Shown in pieces: positions 55,531 to 64,000 of a stretch of 64,000 nucleotides of DNA. The stretch is from Escherichia coli (GTDB taxonomy: Bacteria > Pseudomonadota > Gammaproteobacteria > Enterobacterales > Enterobacteriaceae), in the NCBI RefSeq assembly GCF_030013595.1, contig NZ_CP122768.1; one strand, given 5' to 3'. The notes under the pieces were generated by a model. That model did no database searches and was not told the DNA's origin. It was given only the letters and a program-made list of their open reading frames with translations. Both the position numbers and the translations under genes were made by a program. Positions within the stretch are counted from its first letter, which is position 1. Each line of letters opens with the position of its first letter.

Positions 55531-55800
55531 TTATTGCCTGAGAATTCCCTCACTGGCGAGATACGGATTTAGCTGTTTTCCGGCATCAGGTTCAAAATTC
55601 CAGTACCGCCAGCGCAACTGACCTTCAGCATTACGGATAACCAGCCGGAAATGCGTTCCCTGGTCATCTTCAATAAGCACATTGCGGTAAGCTGTTGTGA
55701 CGGCAACCGCCTGTTCGCGTGAGAAAGGGCCTTCGGGTAATAAACGTGATGTACAACCCGGCATATCTGTTGCTCCCTGAAAGTAAAAGGCCCCGGTCAT
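55531..55800 (-). CDS. Hypothetical small protein (89 aa) downstream of Ag43
   Basis: ORF only. Confidence 0.4.
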   Translation of the reverse strand: MTGAFYFQGATDMPGCTSRLLPEGPFSREQAVAVTTAYRNVLIEDDQGTHFRLVIRNAEGQLRWRYWNFEPDAGKQLNPYLASEGILRQ

Positions 55801-55834
55801 GATGACCGGGGCCTGAAGGGGAGTGACCTGATTA

Positions 55835-58681
55835 TCAGAAAGTCACATTCAGCGTGGCCTGACCGTTATAACCTTCAGCGCTGCTGCCGCTGACGCTGTG
55901 GGCATAACCGGCCTGAACGCCCAGGGTGATATTTTCCCGGACACGGGCTTCCAGTCCGGCCTGCAGGTCCAGTGACGTGCCATTCTGGGATGGTGAGAAC
56001 GTCATGTTACTGCCGGCTGCGGCTGTACCCATGCTCATGTCACCCCGGGAGCTGAAGGTGCGGATAACAGAAGGCTGTACCCACCAGTTCACCGGCAGTT
56101 CACGCACACTGTGTTTTGCACTGTCGCGCAGGGTGTCACGGGATGAGGTGCCTTCACCAAAGGTCATATCGTTGTGGCTGCCCAGACGGAAACCGGCACG
56201 CACATGTTGTGCACTGCCATGCCCGAACTTCACATAACCGGCGTTATCCTGGCCGTCATCCAGGGAAAGTCCCTGCCAGGTATACTGCAGTTGTGGCTCC
56301 AGCATCAGGTTGTCAGTGATACTGAAGGGCAGACCGGTTTCCAGTGAGCCCAGCCAGCCCCAGCCCCGGGCGCGGAAGTCGTTATTGTCCGATGACGCTT
56401 TCATGCTGTGGCGGGTTCCCTGTGCCACAATGTCAGCCCACAGGCCGGAGGACGTGTGTGTCAGATTCAGGTATCCGCCCAGGCTGCCGGCATCATCCCG
56501 GACCGTGCCGGCACGGGAGCCGTCATCATCCTTAACATCAACGGAAGAATGGCCTGCAGCGCCATATACCCCCGTGGTCACAGACATACCGGCAACCTCT
56601 GTTCTCAGCAGGTCACCCTCCAGACGGACGAAGCCATAGCTGCCGCTGCTTTCCGGCGTGGCCCCACGGGCAATACCGCCGTTGTTATCGTGACCGAGAT
56701 GACCGCCCTGAATGCTGAGACGGACGCTGTTATTTTCACCGTTTACACCGGTCTGATGGCTGCGGGAGCCTGCCAGAATCCGGTCATAGTCCATTGCCTG
56801 TGTCAGCATGGAGGCATACAGGGGGACTTCAGCACGATAAGCATTTTCACTGCGCAGGTACCAGTCTTCATCGCTGTCACGGTTCAGGGTGTAGTTAAAG
56901 ACACCGGCCTGAAGCGGGCGACTCAGGGCAAACGCACCTTCTTCTGTGGTGGCACCATTCTGTGCATCCACAACCCGGATACCCTGTCCGGAGGTTGCCA
57001 CCCCGAGGTTACTGTTTCCGACATTTGTGAACGCAAGCCAGGTTTTGCCGGTTGCCTGACCACCATTAATCACCAGCTGGTCAGGGGCATTGCTGCCATC
57101 AAGGCGAACACGCATATTGATGGTGCCACCCTGACCGGTGAGGTTACTGGTGGTCAGTTTATGGAACGTTACCGGGGCGTCGCCTTTTGCAACAGCACGG
57201 CTCAGGACGGCATCCTGTGTCGTCTGATTATCAAAGCGAATCTCCCCTGCGTTAACAATATCGCCGGTACTGACCACATCACCATTCAGTACCATGCTGG
57301 CGCCTTTACTGAGCTGTGTTCTGCCACTCAGACTTCCCCCGGCAGCCAGCATCAGTGTCCCACGATGTCCGACAGTGGTGTTGCTGGCCTGTCCCCCGGC
57401 ATTAACCGTAAAGCTACCGCCATTTTCCAGCAGCAGGCCGCTGGCCTGACCGGATATACCATCAATACTGAACTTACCGCTGGCATTGGTCCCCTCAACA
57501 GTGGCACCACTGTCTGCAATCAGGGCACCACCGGATGTCATGGTGACACCTGTTGCCTTACCACCGGCAGACACTGCCAGGGTACCGCCGTCATCCACCC
57601 GTGTTTTCTGCGCTGAATGGCCCTCCAGTACATCCAGGCGACCGCCGGACTCCAGAACAAGGCCGTCAGCCTTACCGTTTTCCACCGTGAAATTGCCCAG
57701 ACGGTTGCTGCCGGTGACGGTTGCCGCCGTACTGGTGACCAGTGCGCCCCCCTGCTTCAGGGTGACATTCGTGGCTGTACCACCGGCGTTCACCTGCAGC
57801 TTGCCTTTCTGGTTAACGGTGGTGAAATCCGCCAGACCACCTTCCTTGATAATCTGCCAGCCGTCACTGTTTACAACAGTGCCAGACGCCGTACCGCCGT
57901 TGTGCACATACTGGTACCCCCCATTCAGCGTGGTATCCAGTGCGTGACCATGTACAGTCTGGTCGCCGCCGGCATAAACCACAGTGGTATTTACCGTTCC
58001 TTCAGCAGCCACAATCTGACGACCATTTTTATTGATGGTGGTGCGTACGGCATCTCCGTAGACGGTCTGCCCGGTATCACCATTTTCTGCATCCGGTCCC
58101 CCTTCCGCGCCGGTATTCACAACCGTGTCGGTTGCCACTGCGCCGGATTTGACGGCCTGCCAGCCCTTCTCATTAATGACAGTACCCGTTGCAATCCCGC
58201 CTTCATGTACCCACTGCTCACCGCCGTTCAGAGTGGTGTTCACTGCCTGCCCCTGAAGGCTCTGTCCGCCTCCGGCACTGATAACCGTGTCTGAAACGCT
58301 TCCTCCGGCATTCACTCTCTGAAGACCACCACCGGTGACAGTAGTGTTGTTGGCGATACCGCCATTTTGTATCCATTGTCCGCCGGTATTGGCCTCGTTA
58401 TCCGGCCCATACTCCAGACCGGTACTGATGGTCATTCCGTTGGCCGTACCGAAGACAATCTGGTTGTCATGATTTTCCAGTGTTCCGCCGCTCACGGTTT
58501 CTCCCGTCTGTACAACCGTGTCAGCAGCCAGTGCCGGGACTGATGTGACAGCAGCAAGAGACAGCGCAACCGCCACACCGGCGCGTTTTCCCCGTGAGCG
58601 GGCCAGTTCGGAGGTCACCACCAGGGTGCCCGTAATGTGATTCCATACCAGCCTGTAGCTGGTGTTCAGATGTCGTTTCAT
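55835..58681 (-). CDS. flu: Antigen 43 self-associating autotransporter adhesin (about 948 aa; ORF track start 58756)
   Basis: [35 protein letters not shown]... extended signal peptide; repetitive beta-helix passenger; C-terminal beta-barrel. Confidence 0.85.
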   Translation of the reverse strand: MKRHLNTSYRLVWNHITGTLVVTSELARSRGKRAGVAVALSLAAVTSVPALAADTVVQTGETVSGGTLENHDNQIVFGTANGMTISTGLEYGPDNEANTGGQWIQNGGIANNTTVTGGGLQRVNAGGSVSDTVISAGGGQSLQGQAVNTTLNGGEQWVHEGGIATGTVINEKGWQAVKSGAVATDTVVNTGAEGGPDAENGDTGQTVYGDAVRTTINKNGRQIVAAEGTVNTTVVYAGGDQTVHGHALDTTLNGGYQYVHNGGTASGTVVNSDGWQIIKEGGLADFTTVNQKGKLQVNAGGTATNVTLKQGGALVTSTAATVTGSNRLGNFTVENGKADGLVLESGGRLDVLEGHSAQKTRVDDGGTLAVSAGGKATGVTMTSGGALIADSGATVEGTNASGKFSIDGISGQASGLLLENGGSFTVNAGGQASNTTVGHRGTLMLAAGGSLSGRTQLSKGASMVLNGDVVSTGDIVNAGEIRFDNQTTQDAVLSRAVAKGDAPVTFHKLTTSNLTGQGGTINMRVRLDGSNAPDQLVINGGQATGKTWLAFTNVGNSNLGVATSGQGIRVVDAQNGATTEEGAFALSRPLQAGVFNYTLNRDSDEDWYLRSENAYRAEVPLYASMLTQAMDYDRILAGSRSHQTGVNGENNSVRLSIQGGHLGHDNNGGIARGATPESSGSYGFVRLEGDLLRTEVAGMSVTTGVYGAAGHSSVDVKDDDGSRAGTVRDDAGSLGGYLNLTHTSSGLWADIVAQGTRHSMKASSDNNDFRARGWGWLGSLETGLPFSITDNLMLEPQLQYTWQGLSLDDGQDNAGYVKFGHGSAQHVRAGFRLGSHNDMTFGEGTSSRDTLRDSAKHSVRELPVNWWVQPSVIRTFSSRGDMSMGTAAAGSNMTFSPSQNGTSLDLQAGLEARVRENITLGVQAGYAHSVSGSSAEGYNGQATLNVTF

Positions 58682-58898
58682 CAGCTTTTCCTTACAGAGG
58701 GTGAATAAAAAAGCCGGTACCCACAAATATGGGTACCGGCAGGTACAAAACAGCATGGTCAGATAAAGTGGTTTTTCCCGGACATAAATGCTTCTCCTCT
58801 CTCATCCGCCAGAGAAGTATCAGTCCGTTGTGTGCAATTCCGTTCTGCATGATGAAGAGATTCAGCTGCCTTTTCGCAGACCATTAACCACTATAAAC

Positions 58899-58934
58899 GA
58901 TCGATGGTAACGATCGATACATGTTTTATCGATC
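58899..58934. promoter_or_regulatory. Three GATC (Dam) sites at 58899, 58912, 58931 in Ag43 upstream region: OxyR/Dam phase-variation switch
   Basis: cGATCGATggtaacGATCGATacatgttttatcGATCGtttt, 220-250 bp upstream of flu start. Confidence 0.65.
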
Positions 58935-59052
58935 GTTTTATTCTATTAACAGCAAGGCAGTCACGCAAGAGAAAGAGGTGGGTATGAGGTGTTTGTGTCA
59001 TGTTTTCAGTTGGTTAACGCAATGTAATCAGGCATTTCCCCTGGCAGAGTGT

Positions 59053-59925
59053 TCAGAAGAAAATCCAGTTCCATACAGCGCGGGCAACAGAGACCACCGT
59101 GTCACGGACGACACGCAGAACCGTACGAGCCACAGAGGCAATACAGACGCTCTCCGCCGTGTCAAATATCCGGTCCACCGCACCGGTAAACTGTTCACGG
59201 GCCTGCCCCCGGACAGATTCCGTGCACAACTCGTCCTGCAGGCGGGTCATCAGGGGACTGGCGGCATGGTCGGGAAGTGCTGTCATGAGCGCACTGACCA
59301 GCGTATCCAGTTCCCAGCCGGTGCGGGCCGATACGGCCACAACCGGATGTACGGGCCGGAACAGCCGGAATACCGCATCTGTTTTCTCACGAATGTTCTG
59401 TTCCTGTGCGGGAGAAGGCTGAATACCTGCCATATCCCATTCATGGCAGGGCTCCGTTTTGTCGGCCTGCGTCACCACAAACAGCACCTGCTGATGTCCC
59501 CGGTGCAGGATGTGTCGCCAGAAATACTCATCCACAGACAGGGCACGGTCATCGGCTTTAATCAGCCACAGTACCAGGTCAAGTTCAGGCAGAATGTCAC
59601 GGTACAGGGCTTCATACTCTGCATCCCTGTCCCGGCTCTCGCCCACCCCGGGTAGGTCAGTGATAACCATGCTGTGACCATGGCCACTCAGACGGAAGCG
59701 CTGCGCTTCCCGGGTGCCGGCGTGAACATCACTGACCGGGGTGACCTCCCCCTGAAACAGTGCATTACAGAGTGAGGATTTACCGGCCCCGCTTTTCCCC
59801 ATAATGCCAATCACGGGTTCGTGGCTGGTGAGTTTGCGCAGATGTTCCAGGATGTGACGGGAAAGTGAGTAAGGAAGAGAAGAAAGTGGTTTTTCAATTG
59901 CCTCAATGGCATCAGACGGATTCAT
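59053..59925 (-). CDS. YeeP/YkfA-family GTPase (about 290 aa; ORF track start 59964)
   Basis: P-loop GKSGAGKSSLCNALF; DLPG G3 motif. Confidence 0.75.
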   Translation of the reverse strand: MNPSDAIEAIEKPLSSLPYSLSRHILEHLRKLTSHEPVIGIMGKSGAGKSSLCNALFQGEVTPVSDVHAGTREAQRFRLSGHGHSMVITDLPGVGESRDRDAEYEALYRDILPELDLVLWLIKADDRALSVDEYFWRHILHRGHQQVLFVVTQADKTEPCHEWDMAGIQPSPAQEQNIREKTDAVFRLFRPVHPVVAVSARTGWELDTLVSALMTALPDHAASPLMTRLQDELCTESVRGQAREQFTGAVDRIFDTAESVCIASVARTVLRVVRDTVVSVARAVWNWIFF

Positions 59926-59954
59926 ACATGTATTCCCGGTGAAAAAAGACAAAA

Positions 59955-59980
59955 CCCCGCGCACCGGAAAGGTGGCGGGG
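59955..59980. other. GC-rich hairpin CCCCGCGCACC-ggaaa-GGTGGCGGGG; on minus strand followed by T-run
   Basis: Perfect inverted repeat seen directly. Confidence 0.4.
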
Positions 59981-60255
59981 GATTCACGGAGATAATATCT
60001 GTCTGAAATTATTTAGGATGCAGGTATCTTCAGATAATCGCACCCCCAGAATTTTATTCTTAATAGTTGAATAGTGGTATTTGGTTTCCCTGAGAGAATA
60101 TAAAGATGAATCATGCTGTATTGAGTTTGATTCTATTTGTACTGAGACAGGTATCTTCATGATTATAATCAAAAGCCGGGTGGATTGGTCTGGCGCTAAT
60201 TATTTTCTCGAATAAACTCACTAATTATTGTAACCATCCCAAAGGAGATGATTTT

Positions 60256-62400
60256 ATGTATAATTGTGGTGAATCATATTCAGAATACGACATATCATTA
60301 TCTGACGATGAAAACTATAACGATGACTATTATCGTGAGCGCCCGTGCCCGGGAGAAGTTTTCGGCTATGATAATGATGTACCACGGTTTAGTAAGATTG
60401 CACGGTCTTATTTGCTCCACGTGGGTAGCCTTGACTGGACCAAGATAAATCCGGATATCTTTGGCTCCATGATTCAGGCAATTGCCGAAGATGAAGAGCG
60501 CGGAGAGCTGGGTATGCATTACACCAGCGTACCCAACATCTTAAAAGTTTTGAATCCACTATTTCTTGACGACCTGCGTGCACAGCTGGACGAGGCTGGT
60601 GACAATCCACGTATGTTGCTGAACCTGCGCAAACGCATTTCCCACATTCGTGTGTTCGACCCAGCGTGCGGTTCTGGGAACTTTTTGGTTATCGCGTATA
60701 AGGAAATGCGTGCCATTGAGGCCGAAATCAACAAGAGGCGCAGTGAGCCGGATCGTGCCTCGGATATTCCACTTACCAACTTTCGCGGGATTGAACTACG
60801 AGATTTCCCGGCAGAAATCGCCCGCCTTGCGCTTGTTATCGCTGAGTACCAATGTGATGTGCTGTACCGTGGGCTGCGGCTGGCCTTGGCTGAGCTTCTT
60901 CCTTTACGCAACGAAAATTGGATTACTTGTGGCAATGCACTGCGGCTCGACTGGTTAAGAATTTGTCCGCCAACGGGAACCAGTGTGAAATTACATGGTG
61001 ACGACTTGTTTGGATCACCGCTTGATCAGGCAGAGATTGACTTTGAAAATGAAGGAGGAGAGACATATATTTGTGGAAATCCTCCATACAAGGGTAGCCA
61101 AACCCAAACTGATGACCAAAAAAATGATCTAAAAGCCATATTCGAGAAACGCACAACTAATTGGAAGTCATTGGATTATGTTGCAGGTTGGTTTATGAAG
61201 GCTGTCGACTACGGTAGTCAAACTAACTCGTCTGCTGCGTTCGTCTCAACTAATTCCATTTGTCAAGGTAGACAGGTCGAAACCCTTTGGTCGTTGATTT
61301 TTGCAGCCAAGCATGAAATATCCTTTGCTTATACGTCCTTCAAATGGGCAAATCTTGCTAGCCACAATGCGGGAGTGAGTGTCATTGTTGTGGGAATTTC
61401 TAATCATGTTAAGGGCCCCCGGAAAATATTTTCCACAACTGAGGATTTGGGGACCATCATAAAAGAAGTAGACAACATCAATGCGTATCTTGTCGCGGGT
61501 AAAAGCACAATTGTTGCACAGCGAAGTTTTCCTTTATCCGAAGTAAGTGTAATGGATTTTGGTTCAATGGCGAACGATGGTGGTGGCCTTCTTTTTGACA
61601 GTTCAGAATCAAGTCGTGCAGTTAATGATTATGGTGCTGATATTTGTTATTTTCGAAAGGCTTGGGGAGCTAAGGAGTTTATTTCTGGAACTCCTAGAGC
61701 TTGCCTGTGGTTAAATAAAGACAGTGCTAAAAAAGCAATTCTGAACTCTTGGATTTCAGACCGAATTGAGATCACACGTAAGGCCAGAGCAAATAGTCCT
61801 CGGGCAGCGACAAAAAAACTAGCAGATATTGCTTACAGATTTGGTGAAGTGAGGCAAGACGGCAGCGAGCGAATCATTATTGTTCCCAGTGTCAGTTCTG
61901 AACGTAGGGAGTATCTTCCATGTGGTTATCTCGATGTTGGTTCAATCGTTATCGCTCCGAATCTTGCTTTCTATGATTCCCCGCTTTGGAATATGGCGCT
62001 TATTGCTTCTAGGTTGCATTTGGTATGGGTGGCGACAGTCTGCGGGCGTATCAAAACTGACTATCGCTACTCTAATACCCTTGGCTGGAATACTTTCCCT
62101 GTCCCACCACTCACTGAGAAAAACAAGGCCGACCTTACGCGTTGCGCAGAGGATATCCTACTGGCGCGGGAACACCACTTCCCTGCGACTATTGCGGATT
62201 TGTATGATCCCGCGAACATGCCCCCTGACCTGCGTGCTGCCCATGAACGAAACGACGAAGTGCTGGAACGCATCTATATAGGGCGACGATTCAAGAACGA
62301 CACTGAGCGGCTGGAAAAGTTGTTCGACCTCTACACGAAAATGATTGCTTCGACTGCACCGGTCAAAGGTAAGAAGCGCAAAGCAGGAAATAACGAATGA
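60256..62400 (+). CDS. Gamma-class N6-adenine DNA methyltransferase with large C-terminal putative target-recognition region (714 aa)
   Basis: SAM motif I VFDPACGSGNFLV (about aa 135) and catalytic motif IV ICGNPPYKG (about aa 270); GGAG RBS. Confidence 0.75.
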   Translation: MYNCGESYSEYDISLSDDENYNDDYYRERPCPGEVFGYDNDVPRFSKIARSYLLHVGSLDWTKINPDIFGSMIQAIAEDEERGELGMHYTSVPNILKVLNPLFLDDLRAQLDEAGDNPRMLLNLRKRISHIRVFDPACGSGNFLVIAYKEMRAIEAEINKRRSEPDRASDIPLTNFRGIELRDFPAEIARLALVIAEYQCDVLYRGLRLALAELLPLRNENWITCGNALRLDWLRICPPTGTSVKLHGDDLFGSPLDQAEIDFENEGGETYICGNPPYKGSQTQTDDQKNDLKAIFEKRTTNWKSLDYVAGWFMKAVDYGSQTNSSAAFVSTNSICQGRQVETLWSLIFAAKHEISFAYTSFKWANLASHNAGVSVIVVGISNHVKGPRKIFSTTEDLGTIIKEVDNINAYLVAGKSTIVAQRSFPLSEVSVMDFGSMANDGGGLLFDSSESSRAVNDYGADICYFRKAWGAKEFISGTPRACLWLNKDSAKKAILNSWISDRIEITRKARANSPRAATKKLADIAYRFGEVRQDGSERIIIVPSVSSERREYLPCGYLDVGSIVIAPNLAFYDSPLWNMALIASRLHLVWVATVCGRIKTDYRYSNTLGWNTFPVPPLTEKNKADLTRCAEDILLAREHHFPATIADLYDPANMPPDLRAAHERNDEVLERIYIGRRFKNDTERLEKLFDLYTKMIASTAPVKGKKRKAGNNE

Positions 62401-64000
62401 ACAATAAAATCAAGAATGTACCTTCCGTTTCCGTTACTTATGCACGTAATGGCGCATCAACCAAAGCTAATGTGCTTGGGATGCGTCCTATGCAGGAGAG
62501 AGCTTATGAAAAGCGCGGCGAGCAGTACTTGCTTATCAAATCACCACCGGCATCAGGTAAAAGCCGCGCACTGATGTTCATAGCACTCGACAAACTCGAA
62601 AACCAAGGGATTAAACAGGCAATCATCGTTGTGCCGGAAAAATCTATCGGCGCGAGTTTCAACGATGAACCGCTATCGCAGTTTGGATTCTGGGCTGATT
62701 GGCATGTCGAACCTAAGTGGAACCTATGCAACGCGCCCGGTAACGACAACGGGGGCAAGGTAAGATCTTTTGGCTCTTTTCTTGAAAGTAGCGACAAGGT
62801 GCTTGTTTGCACACACGCAACCTTTCGCTTCGCGGTCGATGCCTATGGCGTAGAAGCGTTTGACGATCGCCTGATCGCCGTCGATGAATTCCACCATGTG
62901 TCAGCTAACCCGGATAACAAGCTTGGTCAGCATCTGGGGCAGTTCATCGCGCGTGATAAGACACACATCGTTGCCATGACCGGCTCCTACTTCCGTGGTG
63001 ATGCGGAGGCCGTTTTGGCTCCTCAGGATGAGTCCAGGTTCGATACCGTCACCTATACCTACTACGAACAACTCAACGGTTACGAATACCTCAAGCAACT
63101 CGATATCGGCTACTTCTTTTACAGTGGCTCCTACGTCGATGACATCCTTAATGTCCTCGATCCTGACAAAAAGACCATTATCCATATACCCAACGTCAAT
63201 TCGCGCGAGAGCACGAAGGATAAAATCAAGGAAGTGGAGCATATTCTTAGCGAGCTTGGCGATTGGCAAGGTGCGGATCCTGCGACTGGTTTCCAGCTAG
63301 TCAAATGCCTCGATGGCCGAATGTTGCGTATAGCTGATCTGGTGGACCCAACTAGTCAAGGCAAGATTCAGGAAAGCCTTCGTGCTGCAGAAATGAAGAC
63401 AGACCGTGACTATGTAGACATCATTATTGCACTTGGTATGGCGAAGGAAGGTTTTGACTGGATTTGGTGCGAACATGCGCTGACCGTTGGCTACCGTGCC
63501 AGCCTGACTGAGATCGTGCAGATTATCGGTCGCGCTACTCGCGACGCGCCGGGTAAAAACCGCGCAAGGTTTACTAACCTGATCGCCGAGCCGGATGCTG
63601 TTGAGGGGGCTGTCACCGAGGCAGTCAACGATACCTTGAAAGCCATCGCGGCAAGCCTGCTGATGGAGCAAGTATTAGCTCCGCGCTTCGAGTTCAAGCC
63701 TAAGAACCCAGAAAGTGGTCCGGCCCCAGGCTTTGATTATGGTGATGGTGGATATGACCCGGATAGCTGTAATTTTGGTGTTAATGAGCAGACAGGGACG
63801 TATCAAATCGAGATTAAGGGACTTGCCGAGCCCAGGAGCAAAGAGGCGGCACGCATCTGCCAGGAAGATTTAAACGAAGTGATCGCGGCCTTTGTGCAGG
63901 ATAAGCCCGCCATCGAACGAGGCCTGTTCGATGAAGAGCTGATTCCTGAAGAGTTAACTCAGGTTCGTATGGGTAAGATCATCAAAGAAAAGTATCCTGA
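62397..64000 (+). CDS. SF2 helicase/translocase, 5' partial (first about 534 codons, continues past window end); translationally coupled to the methyltransferase (ATGA overlap)
   Basis: Motif I SPPASGKSRAL, motif II VDEFHH, motif III MTGSY, motif VI QIIGRATRD; not in ORF track because no stop in window. Confidence 0.7.
   Translation, partial: MNNKIKNVPSVSVTYARNGASTKANVLGMRPMQERAYEKRGEQYLLIKSPPASGKSRALMFIALDKLENQGIKQAIIVVPEKSIGASFNDEPLSQFGFWADWHVEPKWNLCNAPGNDNGGKVRSFGSFLESSDKVLVCTHATFRFAVDAYGVEAFDDRLIAVDEFHHVSANPDNKLGQHLGQFIARDKTHIVAMTGSYFRGDAEAVLAPQDESRFDTVTYTYYEQLNGYEYLKQLDIGYFFYSGSYVDDILNVLDPDKKTIIHIPNVNSRESTKDKIKEVEHILSELGDWQGADPATGFQLVKCLDGRMLRIADLVDPTSQGKIQESLRAAEMKTDRDYVDIIIALGMAKEGFDWIWCEHALTVGYRASLTEIVQIIGRATRDAPGKNRARFTNLIAEPDAVEGAVTEAVNDTLKAIAASLLMEQVLAPRFEFKPKNPESGPAPGFDYGDGGYDPDSCNFGVNEQTGTYQIEIKGLAEPRSKEAARICQEDLNEVIAAFVQDKPAIERGLFDEELIPEELTQVRMGKIIKEKYP

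Noticed and set aside
56116-58294. Plus-strand ORFs up to 402 aa inside the Ag43 gene
   Set aside because: Antisense to the beta-helix repeat region; Cys/Pro/Thr-rich translations without start context.
62504-63671. Minus-strand ORFs (102-124 aa) near the window end
   Set aside because: They overlap the long uninterrupted plus-strand helicase frame that carries all SF2 motifs; judged antisense artefacts.

Overview
Enterobacterial (E. coli-like) chromosomal window, read here in the opposite orientation to the K-12 map. Core backbone, in order: ykgG-ykgF-ykgE (LutABC-like), rclR, rclA (split), rclB, rclC, an aldo-keto reductase, an AraC/GyrI regulator, the inverse autotransporter eaeH/fdeC, two aldo-keto reductases, a LysR regulator, a decayed OYE fragment, ykgR-ykgM-ykgO (Zur-regulated ribosomal paralogs), ecpRABCDE (E. 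coli common pilus), ykgJ, yagU, paoABCD (periplasmic aldehyde oxidoreductase), an MFS transporter, a Cys-type alpha/beta hydrolase, a LysR regulator and a yagP-like LysR remnant. Two accessory insertions stand out. (1) A ~10.7 kb PICI-like phage satellite (about 5836-16582) sits inside the 3' end of rclA; it carries a tyrosine integrase, AlpA, a RepA-like helicase with an iteron origin, PerC- and ProQ/FinO-like proteins, a TerS-like protein beside cos-like repeats, and several uncharacterised small genes and structured non-coding stretches. (2) From ~48.6 kb a CP4-type island begins at a tRNA-Thr 3' fragment: integrase, CbtA/CbeA toxin-antitoxin module, RadC-like and anti-restriction genes, YafZ, an IS200-family insertion, Ag43 with its GATC phase switch, a YeeP-like GTPase, and then a gamma-class N6-adenine methyltransferase translationally coupled to an SF2 helicase that runs off the window. 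The best candidates for an undescribed system are that methyltransferase-helicase pair and the small-gene cluster between alpA and rep in the satellite. All calls rest on reading the sequence and remembered family signatures; no database search was run, and K-12 comparisons are from memory.
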